Shown: positions 47,873 through 62,200, counted from the first letter of the stretch. The stretch: DNA of 64,000 nucleotides from Gnetum montanum (GCA_015680685.1 MNCI01002010.1:230381-294380), one strand, 5' to 3'. Notes: generated by a model from the sequence alone, not told the origin. Translations and numbers: made by a program.

Positions 47873-50800
47873 ATGACCAACACTCTACTAAAAATTGAAA
47901 TTAAAAATTTTAACAGGTCTAACTATGAATTATGAAATATCAAGATGGAGGCTCTCGTCATTGAAAAGGACCAACATAGTGGAATTCAAAAGTAAAGACA
48001 AATAAGATGTCTAGTGAAGAATGCAAAAAGTTGAACCTGAAGGTGATAAGTACAATTCATTTATGTCTTTTAGATTCATTATTTCTTAATGTTTCCACTA
48101 TTTCTTCTACTAAATATTTATAGGATAAATTGCAAATTTTGTATCAAACAAAGTCCCTAACCAAGAAGTTGTTATTGAAGAAACAATTATATGATTGTAA
48201 AATGATTGAAGGTATTGCCATTACAAAACACTTGAATGTATTTAATACACTGGCCTATCAACTACAATCCATGAGGGTGAAAATGGATGAGGAAGATCAA
48301 TGCATCACAATTCTCAGTACACTTCTAGATTCTTGGAAGAAATTTGTGATGGTTGTAAGTAATACATCTACCAACTTTATTTCTGATAATATTTTTGATT
48401 AATGGTTATCTGAGGAAGCAAGAATGAAAAATTCAACTCCTCAAAATGATGTAAAGCCAAAGTTTGTTAAGAGGCTTCAATTTAATAATAAGCCTTAAAA
48501 ATTTGTAAAGAAGCCACCTAAATGTTAGAATGGTAGTAAATTTGGTCATATAAAGAAAGATTGTAAAGCCCCTCTAAAAAAGGATAAAGATAGTAATAAA
48601 GAAAGATTGTAAAGCCCCTCTAAAAAAGGATAAAGATAGTAATAAAGAAAGATTGTAAAGCCCCTCTAAAAAAGGATAAAGATAGTAATAAAGAAAGATT
48701 GTAAAGCCCCTCTAAAAAAGGATAAAGATAGTAATGTATCAAAAAGTGATAAAGCCCCTCCTACTAAAGAGGGAGATTTGTATGTTGTCTCATCTTCTAA
48801 TAATGCTAATACATATTCATGGTATGTGGACTCAAGTGAATCTCATCACTAGACTCCACATGTTCATTGGTTCAGTGAGTATACATCATATGATCTTAGA
48901 ATGGTAACATTGGGTAATGATGGTTTATGCAAAGTTATAGGTTGTGGAAAGGTAAAGATTTATTTTCAAATGTAGTTAAATCAATTTCCAATGTATGTCA
49001 TGTTCCAACACTAAGTAAAAATATTTTTTTTGTAAGTGAACTGGATGATGTAGGACTAACTATTATCTTTGGAGGTAGAAAATGTTGAATATTGCATTGT
49101 TCATCTCTTTTGGCTTTTGGAATTAAAACAAGAAAGTTTTATAAGTTAGAAGCTAACACGTTAAAGTAGAAATTAAGTGCATTTGTATTTATTGATTTAA
49201 ATTCAAGTATTGATTTGTGGCATAAAATAATGGGACATCTTTATGAAAAAGGACTTAAAGAACTTTACAAGCAAGGTAAATTTAAGCTTTTAAAAGATTC
49301 CTTCGATATTAGAACAAAGGTCTCACAATTTCAAATAAGTAATGCTAAATCTCTTTAGATATTAGAACTAATACATAGTGATGTATGTGAACCAATTAAA
49401 GATATTAAAACAAGTTCTCTTGGAGATGCTATGTATTATGTTTCTTTTATTGATGATTATTCTAAAAAGAGCTAGATCTATTTAGTAGAAGTATTTGAAA
49501 AATTCATAGAATTCAAAGCACTTGTTGAAAATTATTTAGGAAAGAAAATAAAAATTCTAAGAATTGATATTGATGGTGACTTTTGCTCAAATAAATTTAT
49601 TTTTTCTTTAAAGAATAAGACATTTAAAAGCAAAAGACTATTCCAGGGACTCCTAAACAAAATGGAGTTGCAGAGTGTTTGAATCAAACATTAATGAAAC
49701 GTGTTAGATGTATGCTCAGTGAATCTAATCTTGACAAGCATTTTTGGGTGAAGTAGTAATGATTGCATGTTATCTTTTTAATAGATCTCCTTCATCAGCT
49801 ATTGCTAAAAAAATTCAAGAGCAAGTCTAGAGTGGTATGTCCATTAATTTAAAATATATAAAGATTTTTGGTTGTGAAGCCTATGTACATGTTCCAAAAT
49901 TTGATATGTTCAAATTAGACTCTAAATCTATTAAATGTATTTTTCTTCACTATGGACATGATTTCAAAGCTTATAAGTTACATAACCCACAAACTAAAAG
50001 GGTTATTTATAGTCAAGATGTTATCTTTAGAGAAAAATGTGGATCTATGAAGGAGGAATCTTCTATTACTGAAACTTCTTCAAATGATGTAACTTTGATG
50101 TATGTGCCTATTGACATTAAAAATGAAATTTCTAAGGGTCATCCTCTTGCAGTTGGGGATATTATCCCTACTGAACGTGATGGTGATAGCATGGTAAATG
50201 AAGAGGAATAACATGAAGAGGAAGAAAATACGATTTGTAAAGATGAGCTATTAAGATGTTTAACATGTATAAGAAAATTATCCTTACATCCAAGAAAATA
50301 CGTTTTGTTTATTAAAAATAATGATTCATCAACATATGATGAGGCATGTTCATCTATGCAAAATGCAAAGTGCAAATATGCAATGGATGTTGAAATGTCA
50401 TCAATTCATAAAAATAAAACATGAGAATTAACTTAGCTTCCATTAAGGAAAAAACCCATTGAAAATAATTCGATGTACAAGATAAATTGTGGACAAAGCA
50501 TGACTTGTAGCTAAAGGATTTTATTAGAGAAAGTGGATTGATTATGATGAAATCTTTTCTCCAATAGTAAAATTAACATCCATAAGATCATTGTTGGCTA
50601 TCACAACTATTTATGATCTTGAACTTGAAACAAATAGATGTGAAAACAACATTCTTCAATGGTGATCTTGAGGAAGAAATATATATGCTTCAACCTGAAA
50701 AGTATAAAATTAAAGGAAAAGAGCATATGGTGTATCGATTATTAAAATCACTATATGGGCTCAAACAAGAACCAAGGATGTGGAATTAAAGTTTTTAATG

Positions 50801-51828
50801 TCCAGATGATAAATCTTGGCTTTGTTAGAAGTGTTTAAGACTCCTATATGTATGTTAAAAATAAAAGTGACCAATATGTCATCTTGTTGCTATATGTTGA
50901 TCAGATGTTAATAACAGGTAATAACATACATGATATTCATGAGTTAAAACTTCATCTATCTTCTTAATTTGAGATGAAGGATCTTGGTGCTACACAAAAA
51001 ATTTTGGGCATGGAAATTAAAAAGGAGAGGACTAATAAAAAGCTTTGGCTTGGATAGTCTGCATATGTTGAAAATATTTTAAAATGATTTAATATGCATA
51101 ATTGCAAGCCTATGAAGACACCTTATGAAACTAGTATTAAAATTTTAGTTGAACAATGGCCAAAGATAAGTGAAGAAAAAGAGTTCATGGTTAAAATTCC
51201 ATATGCTAGTGCTATTGTCAGTCTCATGTATGCAATGGTCTCTACTAGACCTGATATTGCTTACATTGTTGGAAAACCTAGTAGGTATATGTCTAATCAA
51301 GGAAAATAGCACATTGTAGTGAAGCAAGTCTTTCGATATCTTCATAATACTTCAAATTATGGGATTTATTATAAAAATGATTCCAATGAACTTCATGGCT
51401 TGGTTGATGTAGAATGGGATGGTAATATTGATAATAGGAAATCTATTAGTGGATTTGTGTTTAATCTTTTTAGTGGTGCTATTTCTTGGAAAAGTCAGAA
51501 AAAATCTTGTGTTACTCAATCTACCATTGAAGCTAAATATGTTGTTACTAACTTGGCGTGTAGAGAGGCTATATGGCTCCAAAGGCTAATAGCTAAACTT
51601 GGCATCACTCAAATTCCAATTAACATTAATTGTGATAGTCAAAATGCCATAAGCATATCCAAGAACCCAACCTTTCATGCTCAAATGAAGCACATTAAAA
51701 TACAATATCACTATATATGGAAGAAAATTAAAAAGCAAAGGATTCATCTAAATAAAATTTCAACTAAAGCAAATTTTGCTTATGTACTCACCAAGTCAAC
51801 TCCTATTGAAAAGTTTTTGTGGTGCTGA
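47873..51828 (+). pseudogene. gag-pol: copia gag-pol polyprotein
   Basis: KIEIKNFN..NYEL*NIKME; C..GHIKKDC; WYVDS; LELIHSDV; QNGVAE; FGCEAYVHVPK; LKSLYGLKQ; LLLYVD; YAMVSTRPDIAY; RKSISG..AISWKSQK; CDSQNAI..HIKIQYHY. Confidence 0.92.
48550..48733 (+). repeat. Perfect 46-bp tandem repeat x4
   Basis: ATAAAGAAAGATTGTAAAGCCCCTCTAAAAAAGGATAAAGATAGTA at 48550, 48596, 48642 and 48688. Confidence 0.95.
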
Positions 51829-53009
51829 TCAACATTTGGTCTTCTTTTTACCTGATTTCCTAAAATGGTCTAGACTGTTCTTTAAAGCAGCTTTACCTTC
51901 TAGAAAAGAATTGTGAGGTGGATGAAGGAAAATCTACCTTTGCCTTGATTTTATCTAGATGTTTCTGCCTTTCCTTGTTATAATTTTATTCATGTCTATG
52001 TTATATTTGGTCTTGTACCTATCCCCACAAAAATAAACCACCTTATCCTCTTTTTAATTTTGGGTTTATTTCTATAACCAAACAATATATAAGGAGCTGA
52101 AAGACAATATCCATTGCACTACATTCTTTTGAAGCATAAGCTCAAGAGTCATTTCCCCTATTCTGTAAATTCTTCTTGAGCTTTAATTCTCTAAAGCTGT
52201 GCTGCTGGTAATGGTCCAAGAGCTGATTTTCTACTTCCTGTAGTTTTTCACCTTCAAAATTTTCTCTAAGGTATCTCTGTGTATGTGTCTGTTTAATTTC
52301 TGCAGTTGCTTTTAAATTGAATTTTATATTGGTTTGGTGCAAGGAACTGGGAATAACATACTCTTCCTCCTCGCTATGTTTTAAAATCTAAAATAAAAGC
52401 TTTATTAGCCAAAGAGACTGAAGAATGTATATATAGAAGAGGAAATTGAGAATAGAGGCTTGAGAATATCTCCATTACAATCCCTGCTTATTTCCTCGAC
52501 AAAATAGAGGCCCGAGTCAGTGAGATGTCCAGTCTAGGCATCAACAAAATCGTTGCTGGGGTTGTTACTGGAGGTGTTCCTGGTGCAGATGAGAGGCAGC
52601 ATAGAGGGGAAACCTTCACGTATCAATGACCGTTGCTAAGAATGACAATTGCAGGGGAAGTCGCGGATTGGTGTCCAACTACAACTTCATTCATTATTAT
52701 TCTGACTAGCTCATCAGAAAATAGCCTATGAGTTGTTCACTTAGTTTTCGACTTTTTGGAAATATATTATCCTTATTTTGCTCCGGTTTTATTGCCAAGC
52801 AATGTCTCTATATCTTACGATTTAGCGTCATTTTGGTGTCCTGTTTTTGAAAAATGCGGGTTTGACCGTACCGTAGCATTATTTTGCATCCTATCGATTT
52901 GGCAAGTTCTAGTTTTAGAATGACACTGGTTTGACACGACAAAAGCATCATTTTGGTGTCTTTACAAATTTAGCAAGTTCTAATTTCTGGTTTACTTCAC
53001 AGAAGCATC

Positions 53010-53725
53010 ATTTCTGCGTCCGATGATAAGCAAACACCATTTATTGCTTCTATACGTTGTGCATAAAGTCCTAAATTTTTACTGTAGGACTAGTCTTACA
53101 CACTGCATAAAGTCCTGAATTTTTTTACTGTAGGACTGAGCAACAAAAAGCTCTATCCCACGATCAACAAATAGCCACACAGAAGCTGCATCCTCATCGA
53201 GACTACCACTTGAAAACCCCTGATAAGTGACGTCAAAGAAAGCAATGTGTTGTTTCTCTTGGATGACCAGTAATTTTGCCCCGATGCTCAATTGTAGGAT
53301 CAATGCCAGTTGGATTGTGGGAACACCCATTGAGGAGAATAAAAGAGCCATTTGGTGGAGCCTTAATGTCTGCGGTCATCCCTTCAAAATCTAATCCTAC
53401 TGTTCTAGGGTCATAGTATCTGTATTCAGATTATGGAACACCAACATCATTGAAAATGTTCTTGTGGTCTTGTGGTTTTCCCATGTTGGAGAGGATATCA
53501 AAACTTTCCGTCAAGGAACTTATCTTTGAATAAAAGCAGCTACAAGATGAAAAAGATCCAGTCCCTGAAAGGCTCTGAACAGTGGCAACCCAGACCTCTT
53601 TCATTCCATGATTACCGGATCCTAGCAGCAACTTGACAGTAGCCTTGTTAAAGGAAGCCAAACCTTCAATTGGAACATACTCTTTGTTTTCCTCATTTTT
53701 GAACATCAACATTTTTTTTGAGATA
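53010..53725 (-). pseudogene. ASP5: Intronless fragment of plastid aspartate aminotransferase
   Basis: NKEYVPIEGLASFNKAT; VATVQSLSGTGS; SEYRYYDPRTVGLDFEGM; HNPTGIDPT; FFDVTYQGFSSGSLDEDAASV; AQSYSK and SYSKNLGLYAQRI (PLP-lysine motif); frameshifts. Confidence 0.9.
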
Positions 53726-53774
53726 ACAATGATTAATGATGGAACAGGAGGAAGGAACAAGAGAGGCATGGCAG

Positions 53775-54420
53775 GAGCGCAGGTATGATAGATTTCGCAG
53801 TAGGGGAATTGAATGTGACCTTAGTTGCTTTTGCTTCTTCAAGAGGTAGCTCGAATTGTTGTGGGAATATACTTTGACAATCGTTATCTCCAACATTACC
53901 GTAGTGAGTGAGGATAAATGCTATAGGATTACGTGCATGCAGCGAAAAGATTTTTTAGATGGCTAGAAATGCATTAACAAGTCTCCCAGTTATTGATAAC
54001 AGGCACGTCATCTATACCCAGTACTGTTCCTTTCCATGATCCAGATAATTGTTTTAAAAAAGGGAAAAAAATTTCAAATTGACCGAGCTTTGATCGATAT
54101 GAGATCCCAGGACTGACCTGGTGTTCAAATACTTCAATTCCTAAAATTCTTGCAAGCACCTTAACAGTTGCTGTTTTCCCTACCCCTGTTGGCCTCGTAA
54201 GCAGCAATACGTTGTTTCTTATTTGATACTGATAATCAGTAAACTTCCATTTTAGCCAAGCTACCGATTTTTTTATTTTCACTGCTCAATGTCCTTGGCT
54301 CATATTTGTCAACCCACAATCCAACTTCATGGTTTGAAGAATCTTTTTTTCCTTCATTCCTCCGTTGGGACAAAACGTGGCTTCTGAAAAAGTATCTGAA
54401 ATAAATGTAGGCCTCTGGGC
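53775..54420 (-). pseudogene. RAD17: Intronless fragment of checkpoint clamp loader RAD17
   Basis: LWVDKYEPRTL; NNVLLLTRPTGVGKTATV (Walker A); YRSKLGQFE; VLGIDDVP (Walker B); LEEAKATKVTFNSPTAKSI; frameshifts and deletions. Confidence 0.85.
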
Positions 54421-55701
54421 TGGATATGCACAATTCCTAACAAACTGTTCATGCTGGATTCTGGGGCACCTGCAGAGCTGGTGCAGAAGTACATTAAATT
54501 CAAGTATTTCATAATTTCCAATGAAATTTTGTCTTGATTTCCACATATATATTTCAATGTTAACCTTGCCTTTTATTATTCATTTCCATTAATTATTACT
54601 GCTTTTCCTTAATTTATTTGTTTGTATTGAATTGGTTCTTGCCTTTTTCTTGATATAAGCATTGTGCATTAAAATATTACCCATCTTTTCCTACTTAATC
54701 TTACCAGAAACTTCATTCGATTGTTATAACTTTGGTTGATGCTTAATTTCATTCCTAAAAAGATTGGATTGAGTAACAAAAGGGTTTCATTTTATTGTTG
54801 TGATTCTGGTTATTGTAGAAAGTATATCTTTGACTCAATTATGGCTCTACAGCAAGGAGATGGATTCAATGTTTTCCATACCTTTGCAAATTTTCTTGCT
54901 TTAGTTTAGTGGTGATATTGCAAGTTCTTCTTTGTTCCAGGTTGTGATTGTTTTTGTATTACACATTATAGATTGTGATATTATTTTGTATTGAAGGTTA
55001 TGGTATTGCTATGCATTTTGCATTACATTGATGTACAAGAAAAGAAATGATTCGTGAAGAAGAAAAACTACAATAATACATCGCATTGTTATTGTTTAAG
55101 CTTTGTTGGTAAGAAGGATCTACTCTAAAATTTTATCTAGTGTCAAGGTATAATCCAATCTTCAATAACGTTTAATCTTTGTTCCTGCTTTTTATTTATA
55201 TTTTTTTTTTGGTTGTATTGCGTTGGACAAGATTTTAGTTTCAATGAACACATAATAGTTTTCTAAAACCCTTATGCAAAACAAAATAAAGAATAAATTT
55301 TCTTGATTAGGATTCCTTCAATAGCTATTAAGTACATTTATTTCTAATTTTCAGTTTTTCTTATTGTCCTTACTAAAATTCCACCTTGTAATTTTAAAAT
55401 TTATTACTATTTTCTATTTTCAATTTTTTCCCTAACTCTATTATTGTTTTGTATTTTCAGATTTATTGCATTGAATGACATGTTAGTCTTAAAGCCATCA
55501 AGACATTTTCCTAAAGGCTCTATGTAAACAAAAACAAAAAAAGAAGAAGAAGAATGAAAGAATAGATAACCTTGGTGAGGGTAATCTGGGTAATTAGTAA
55601 GTATATCTATGTGTAGTTTTCTTTTAAAATTCACTTTAAATCTTGTGAACTAAAAATCCCATTTTCTAATTTTTACCACTAATATATACAAAATCATCAA
55701 G

Positions 55702-56241
55702 ATGAGCTCTATTCAAGACAGATAGTAATGAGAATGAAATAGGTAGTACTCTATTGGAGGAAAATGCATCACAAGAAGAAAATGTCTCAGATTGTAATGT
55801 AGATATTTTGAAACCATTTGCAAGAGGTAGATTTATTTTGAAATCTTCATTAAAGTAGTTTGTAACATAATTAGATACTTGTGGGAGTGGAGGAGGTGGA
55901 AGAAAAAGATGGAAATGTTATGTATGTAGCCATGAATTCATTGCAAGTGGTACATGAATACATCATCATTTCGTTCAAACATTAGAAAATAAAATAGGAA
56001 AAGGTGTCATTGCATGTAAATTTCCATATCTTGGTATTAAAAAAGCTATGTATGACAACTTCCAGAAAAGGACAATGGTAAAAAGTATTATTGTAAGTGT
56101 TCGAACAGAGGGAAGAAAAAACAAGAGTAAGAATATTGTACAAGGAAAAAGAATAGTTAAAGAAATAGAAATAAATTTTAAAGTTGAAAAAAATAAAATC
56201 TTATATCAATGTTGCAAAAATTTTCTATGCTAAAAGAATAC
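55702..56241 (+). pseudogene. hAT transposase N-terminus (BED zinc finger) remnant
   Basis: GSGGGGRKRWKCYVCSHEF..GT*IHHHF..GKGVIAC; truncated by the LTR at 56242. Confidence 0.7.
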
Positions 56242-59200
56242 TGATGAAGAGTCTTTAGTCGATTGCATCAGTGGGATGCCATTGATGTAACCTTGTCGAC
56301 GAGATCTTGTTGACATAGGGTTACCCATGTTGACATGTACTCGTCAACATGGCAACCTAGTAGGTCTATAAATATGACACCCTAACCATGTTAATGAGGA
56401 TGGAGAATTTCAGTTGCTAGCAGAACCCTTGCAATTTGTTTTCATAAGAGATAGAATATGGTTCTAAGTACTTACAGGAAGAATCAATGTGTATGGATCT
56501 TTATTGGAGAATTGTTGTACCTAACCACTACAGTGTGTGTGGCAATAAAGATGAGTTTTCTAATAAACCTTACAACACTTGGACTGGCTTAATGATTTAT
56601 TTATGCATTTATTTTTTCCATTAATTAAGAAATTAATTAAGCTAATAGATTAAGAATTTAAGTAATTAATTAGACTAAATAGACTATCATACATGAGTAT
56701 GACCACTTTGAGCATAGGTATAACACTTGGTAATCCTATTAACATTTAACACTTGGTCACCAAATAGTGTTGTACGTGTTCAAGATGTGTACAAAAAGTG
56801 GGACCAGATGCTTATGTTAGGATAGTTAGTTATTAATTAGCAATTAAATTAATTGAACTAGTTAATTAATTTATTCTCAATCTATCACCAACGTTAGGTG
56901 AACAAAATATAAAATAATAAAAATCATGTGCCTCAATTACACTTAACCATACAACTAAGCCTCACAAATATAGTTGGGAAGACAACAACTATTCCATAAT
57001 TAGATTCATGTTTTGGATTGAATCCTATCCACAAGAATACTAGGAATCCATAGAATTCATCCAAATCAGATGTGAATGCCTCAGTGTTTTGTATGGTTGG
57101 GTGTAGGAGTACCTCGTTGCTCATCATTGGTACCATTTTTAAGGATTCTTAGCCAGTACCATGTGCTATCATTCTAGGATTAGTAAAAATTACTCAACAT
57201 CATTAAATTGAACTCAACAAATTTAAATCATAATAATTAATCAAAACTATACTACAAGCACATTGAAAAAATATTTTTAACAAAAATGTCTTCTTCTTCT
57301 TACAAGCAAGACAATTCTACGTTAACAATATCACAAGAATGTAGAGTGGTGTACAATCATCCTAATGAATTTGTATCCAATTTCAATTATGTCCTTCATC
57401 AAGATGAAAAAAATGCAATGGTGAGATATGGTGGGAAACACTATATTCCCAAGATGCTGCACCAAAATCTTACAAGGTTGGGCATCAAGGAGCTTCACAG
57501 AGAGTACATTATGGAAGATCATGACTTCTGAGACTACTATCCTACTAAGACACAATGAAAATGAAATCGGAAATTGGAAAAGAGACATGAAGCCATGAAG
57601 GAGAAACAATTCACTAATCCCTTGTTCCTACTAAATCAAAAGCATGATGAGGAACCTGTTTCTGAGGGTTCTCAACATGTAGACTCTCCACCTGTTGACA
57701 CTAGTGAAGCAGAGCCAAATCCAAATCCTAAATTAGTAATCAATAATCTTGGTTCTGGTAATAGTGAGTCCCATGGTCATGGGAGCTCTATGAAAGGGAA
57801 TTGAAGTAGGAACTCAAATAAGCACAATGATGATAACTTTAAGGATTGTGGCAATGAAAAATAGAGAGGCGATGATAGATAGCACAGTGGTGGCAATCCT
57901 CTTCCATCTTGATCCTCTTCAACAAAATCAACTTCCTCCAAATCTAAAAAGAATGGTAGTGTTGAGGTCAACCTCACCCATGCTAGGCATGGGGCCATTA
58001 TCAATGCACATGTAAGAAATTATAGTTGCAAAGTAGTGAAAATGCACAAATCAATTTCATAGGAATTCAACAAATGCTATATGTTTTTTTGTTCACAGTC
58101 AAATACAACATGCTCAAATAAAGTATGATGCTACAAAAATATTTTCTTTCCTATCAACAAATAGATTCTTCTTTTTGGAATGCCCAAAGAGTGCCAATTG
58201 AACCTCCTCCTATCATTAAAAAGAATTATATATTTACAAACATTTGTAATAGTGAGGCACCATGTTGACGGGGAATGACAATTAATGGCAGTTCACGGGT
58301 TTCTTCTCCTACAAGCTACTATTTACAATGCAGCTAGCCAGAGCCAATAGGGGCAAGGGGCTGAGCCAGAGCCTACAATGACCATTTTCTACTCTGCTGG
58401 CAGGCAACATCAACGATAGGCGCATGAGATGCACAGTAGAAACTAAAGCCCAACAGCCTACAACCAGTAGGGTGGGGCACCCATCAGGGCCTTCACTGGC
58501 TCCAATAGTGCATTTTGGCAACCTTTCTCTACACCACGTACTCCAATGATTGGCACCAGTGACACCGACAACGGAGGCAGAGAATCGGACAACTACCACT
58601 TGCACACGTAGATGGCGATAGGTGGCACGTCAACAATGATGTAGACACCATGAGGGGTGCTATTTTTAGACACCGATATCTCCCTTTTCCTATCCTTTCA
58701 TGGCACTAAAACGGGGAACAAGGCACAAAGCCTCTTCCAAGACGTGGGAGGCATCCATGCAACAGCAGATGCTTGGTGCCTGGTAATGGGAAATCTAGCA
58801 AGTCTTTCTTTTTGCCCATAAACAGACAACCTATGGTAGCCCCAAATAGTTCCTTTAGATGGTGCTTCATAGTGACACCTGCAACTGTAGTGCGGGTGAC
58901 CATATATAGAGGCTGATCCACAAGGGATAATCTCTTTCATTTTAGTCTCTAACCACAACAAATAGTGGTCGATGGTGTTTGGCATTGCATCCAATACGCA
59001 TGTCGGTTTTTTGCTTTGTGTATTTTTATTTTTTCATCTTTGCCAATTGCAGTGGCATTTCAGCACATAGTATCAATAGGGATGTGCTTCCTAAAGCACA
59101 GGCAGACTAGCAGGATCCTGGGCTATCTATTTTGTTGCTTGGATTATCATTGCTTTGTGTTAAGCTAATTTTTTTTTGCTCAATCATCTTTAATTTGATG

Positions 59201-62200
59201 TGATGTTATTGTAACAAGATCATTAGTGTCTGTCAAATGTTTATTTCTATATAGATCATTGAAATCAAACTTTTGCTTATATTTGGAGTTCTCAAACTCT
59301 TGATTATTATTTTTAAATAATCTTTCATTTCTCAACTTCCTTTTGCTACTTTATTTTTCTTGTTTAAGGTTGGGATAGTTATTCTATTTAGGTTTCTTTA
59401 TCAAATTTCCTAGTTTAATTTATCTATTTAAATGTCACATAGCTTTTTTAGCTAAGACTATTCCTAGGTTTCCGTACCCATACACTAGGCACCCTAGGCG
59501 ATAGTCTCCTAAAACGAGTTTTCATAGGTGTTCACATGTCCAAAATTTACACATCAACATGTAGGTGGTAGGACAATAATGATAATCGCAACGATGACCA
59601 TGAACAAAGGGATGGTAGAGAACATCACATATGTCATCAAGATCATGACAATGAACCTCTAATGGCCACTTGAAATATGTTCAACATCATAGAGGCTATC
59701 AAAATTTGAACTAGACTTGTGAAAGATAGGTAAATCAAGTGGCTAGATATGAACAATATCCCTAGATTTAAGGGGGGATATAACTTATATCCTCAAATGG
59801 ATCTTCAAACCTTTCATGATATCTGATATTAAAAATGATTGACAAAAGCTCAAGCTATTTCAAAAAACACTCATTCAGGAAGCAAAAAGTTGGTAGCAAT
59901 CTTTGAAACTAGAGTCAATCTATCGATGGAGTACAATGTTAGAAATTTTTAATGATAAGTACCAAACCTACTCTAAAGTGTTAAACTTACAAAGGAAAAT
60001 TGAAGGGTGGAAACAAGGAAATTATGAATCCTTGGATGCTACCATGGAAAAATATTATTTATTATTACAACCATGTCCTATTCATGGTTTCTTTCAAAGG
60101 GAACAACTTGACCACATTATAGAAGGGCTTCACTTAAAAATACAGATGACCCTTGGGATCTATGCCTAATGAAGACTATCAAAATTAAGAGCCCATTAGA
60201 TACAAAGGCTAATTGAGTAGGTAGCAAAAGAAGAAGAAGAATTGAGAAAACACAAAAGTGTAAAAGAATATAATAGGGATGCTTCCATCAGAAAGAAGGA
60301 AGTCTGCTTTTATGATACTAAGGAGGAATCACCTCTTGATGAGGTGGTGCAATGAAAGGACTTGCTAAAACAAAAATCTGTCTAAAATTTCAGCCAAGGT
60401 AGATAAAATGTGGGATTTTTTGAATGAAAAATTCCAAACTACTCTAAAAATTATAAATGAATCAAGAGAGTAGAGTAGTGATTATGATCCCAAAAGGTAG
60501 AAAGAAGCTGAACATGCCTACCAAAGGGTCAAGGGAAAAGCTACTATAGTAGAAGAAGTTGTGAAGACTAAATCAGATGATGATAATGGATGTTACATCT
60601 ACCACTATGAATATCCTAAGGGATGTTACCCTATTGTGTCACACTTATAGGAATTTGGGGTGTGTGCTCTGAATTCAGAACTATCAAAAAGAAAACATCT
60701 ATAAGATTATTCTATCCTCAAGGTAATCTCAAGTAGTTCCACTAGCAAAAACCTTATTATCCAAGTGGAAATCCACTATAATCATATGAGTAGTTTTAGC
60801 AATGGTGGCAACCATAGTCATGGGGGATGCCACCACCACAATAGTAGTATTATTACAAGTAGCCAGATTTGTATGGGTACTATGTTCAACAACCCCTTTC
60901 TTTATGTAACTCTTCTAGTGATGTTTCTCCTTCCCAAAATTACTACCATTCTTTCAAATTCCATCAAACTCATTCTCTAACCCCTAAGGGGATTCCATAT
61001 TCCATCCATACCTTCCTCTTGTGCCTACACCTATTCCTCCACCCTCAACATAGATACCATCTACTCCATCAATGCAAGGTGAGCTTTCATCCTAACTACA
61101 ACAACATAATATTACAAGGGATGTTAATTTATAATCAATTAACCAATTGAGTGGTTTGGAACCTACATCTCATAAATGATCATTCTTCCAATCCAAACAC
61201 CATTCTAAGACCTTACAAAATCATGTGGCTAGTCACCTTACTTCTATTTCTTCCTCTACAAATCATTGAATCAAGAGCCCTTCAAATCAAATGCTTTCCA
61301 AGATCCTTATTGTTAGGTTAACTCAGGTTTTATCTAACTAGATTTGGGATAGCAACCATTCCAAGAAATTAGCTGATCATGGAAGTCCCCTTATCTATTT
61401 GTAAATTGCTAGGAATCAATCATGCAAAGTTCTTCTAGATTCATATTCTAATGTTAATCTAATTTCCTATGAGATGTATACCATTTGGAAATTGTTACCT
61501 CTTAATAAAAGCAATATCAAACTAGAATTAGAATACCAATCCATCACTATGTCATTGCAACTTGTAGAAGATATTGTGACCACTATCTATGGGAGATCTT
61601 ATCTTGCTAATTTCCTAGTAATCAAAGTAGAGAACTTCAAAGGGGATTTTCCAATCATTTTGGGAAGGGCATGGCTAAGTACTATTGATGCAAGAATGGA
61701 CATCAAAGATATTTCCTAGGAAATTTTTAAGAAAAATGCATTTGAAAAGATTGAGAAGAAATGAGTTTCTTGTATCACATTCAATGATATAGGATGCAAC
61801 TACATGTAGAAACTATGATCTATAAAAAGGGCATCCATTTCCACATGTAGTCAATGTGAAAATGAGGTAGATATTCATAGATGCCTATACATAGAAGACA
61901 CAAAATAAGAGGGCATCCAATGCCTGACAACTAATTCTTAGAGTAGCACAATTTGCATGGAATCAACTGAGAGCATCATATGCACCTATGTGTCAAGCAT
62001 TGATGAACTAGAGTTAATTCATCACAAACTCTTTGATGACAAAAATAATGATACCTATTGGGAAGAGTTAGAAATCTCTAAAAATCTTAAAACAAGAATC
62101 CCTAGAGTTAAAAACTCTAAATGTCAGTCTAGAATATGATTTTTTGAAAAATAAAAAGCTAATTATAATCAATGCTAAACTTTCTATTAAACAAAAAGAG

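Larger units (their letters stand above)
47467..52358 (+). mobile_element. Ty1/copia element, Tork/Tnt1-like, degenerate
   Basis: LTRs 47467-~47817 (U5 and PBS deleted) and 51912-52358; TSD TGCTC/TACTC (1 mismatch); gag-PR-INT-RT-RH order. Confidence 0.88.

Noticed and set aside
53079-54557. Functional ASP5 or RAD17 genes
   Set aside because: Partial, frameshifted, with stops and deletions.
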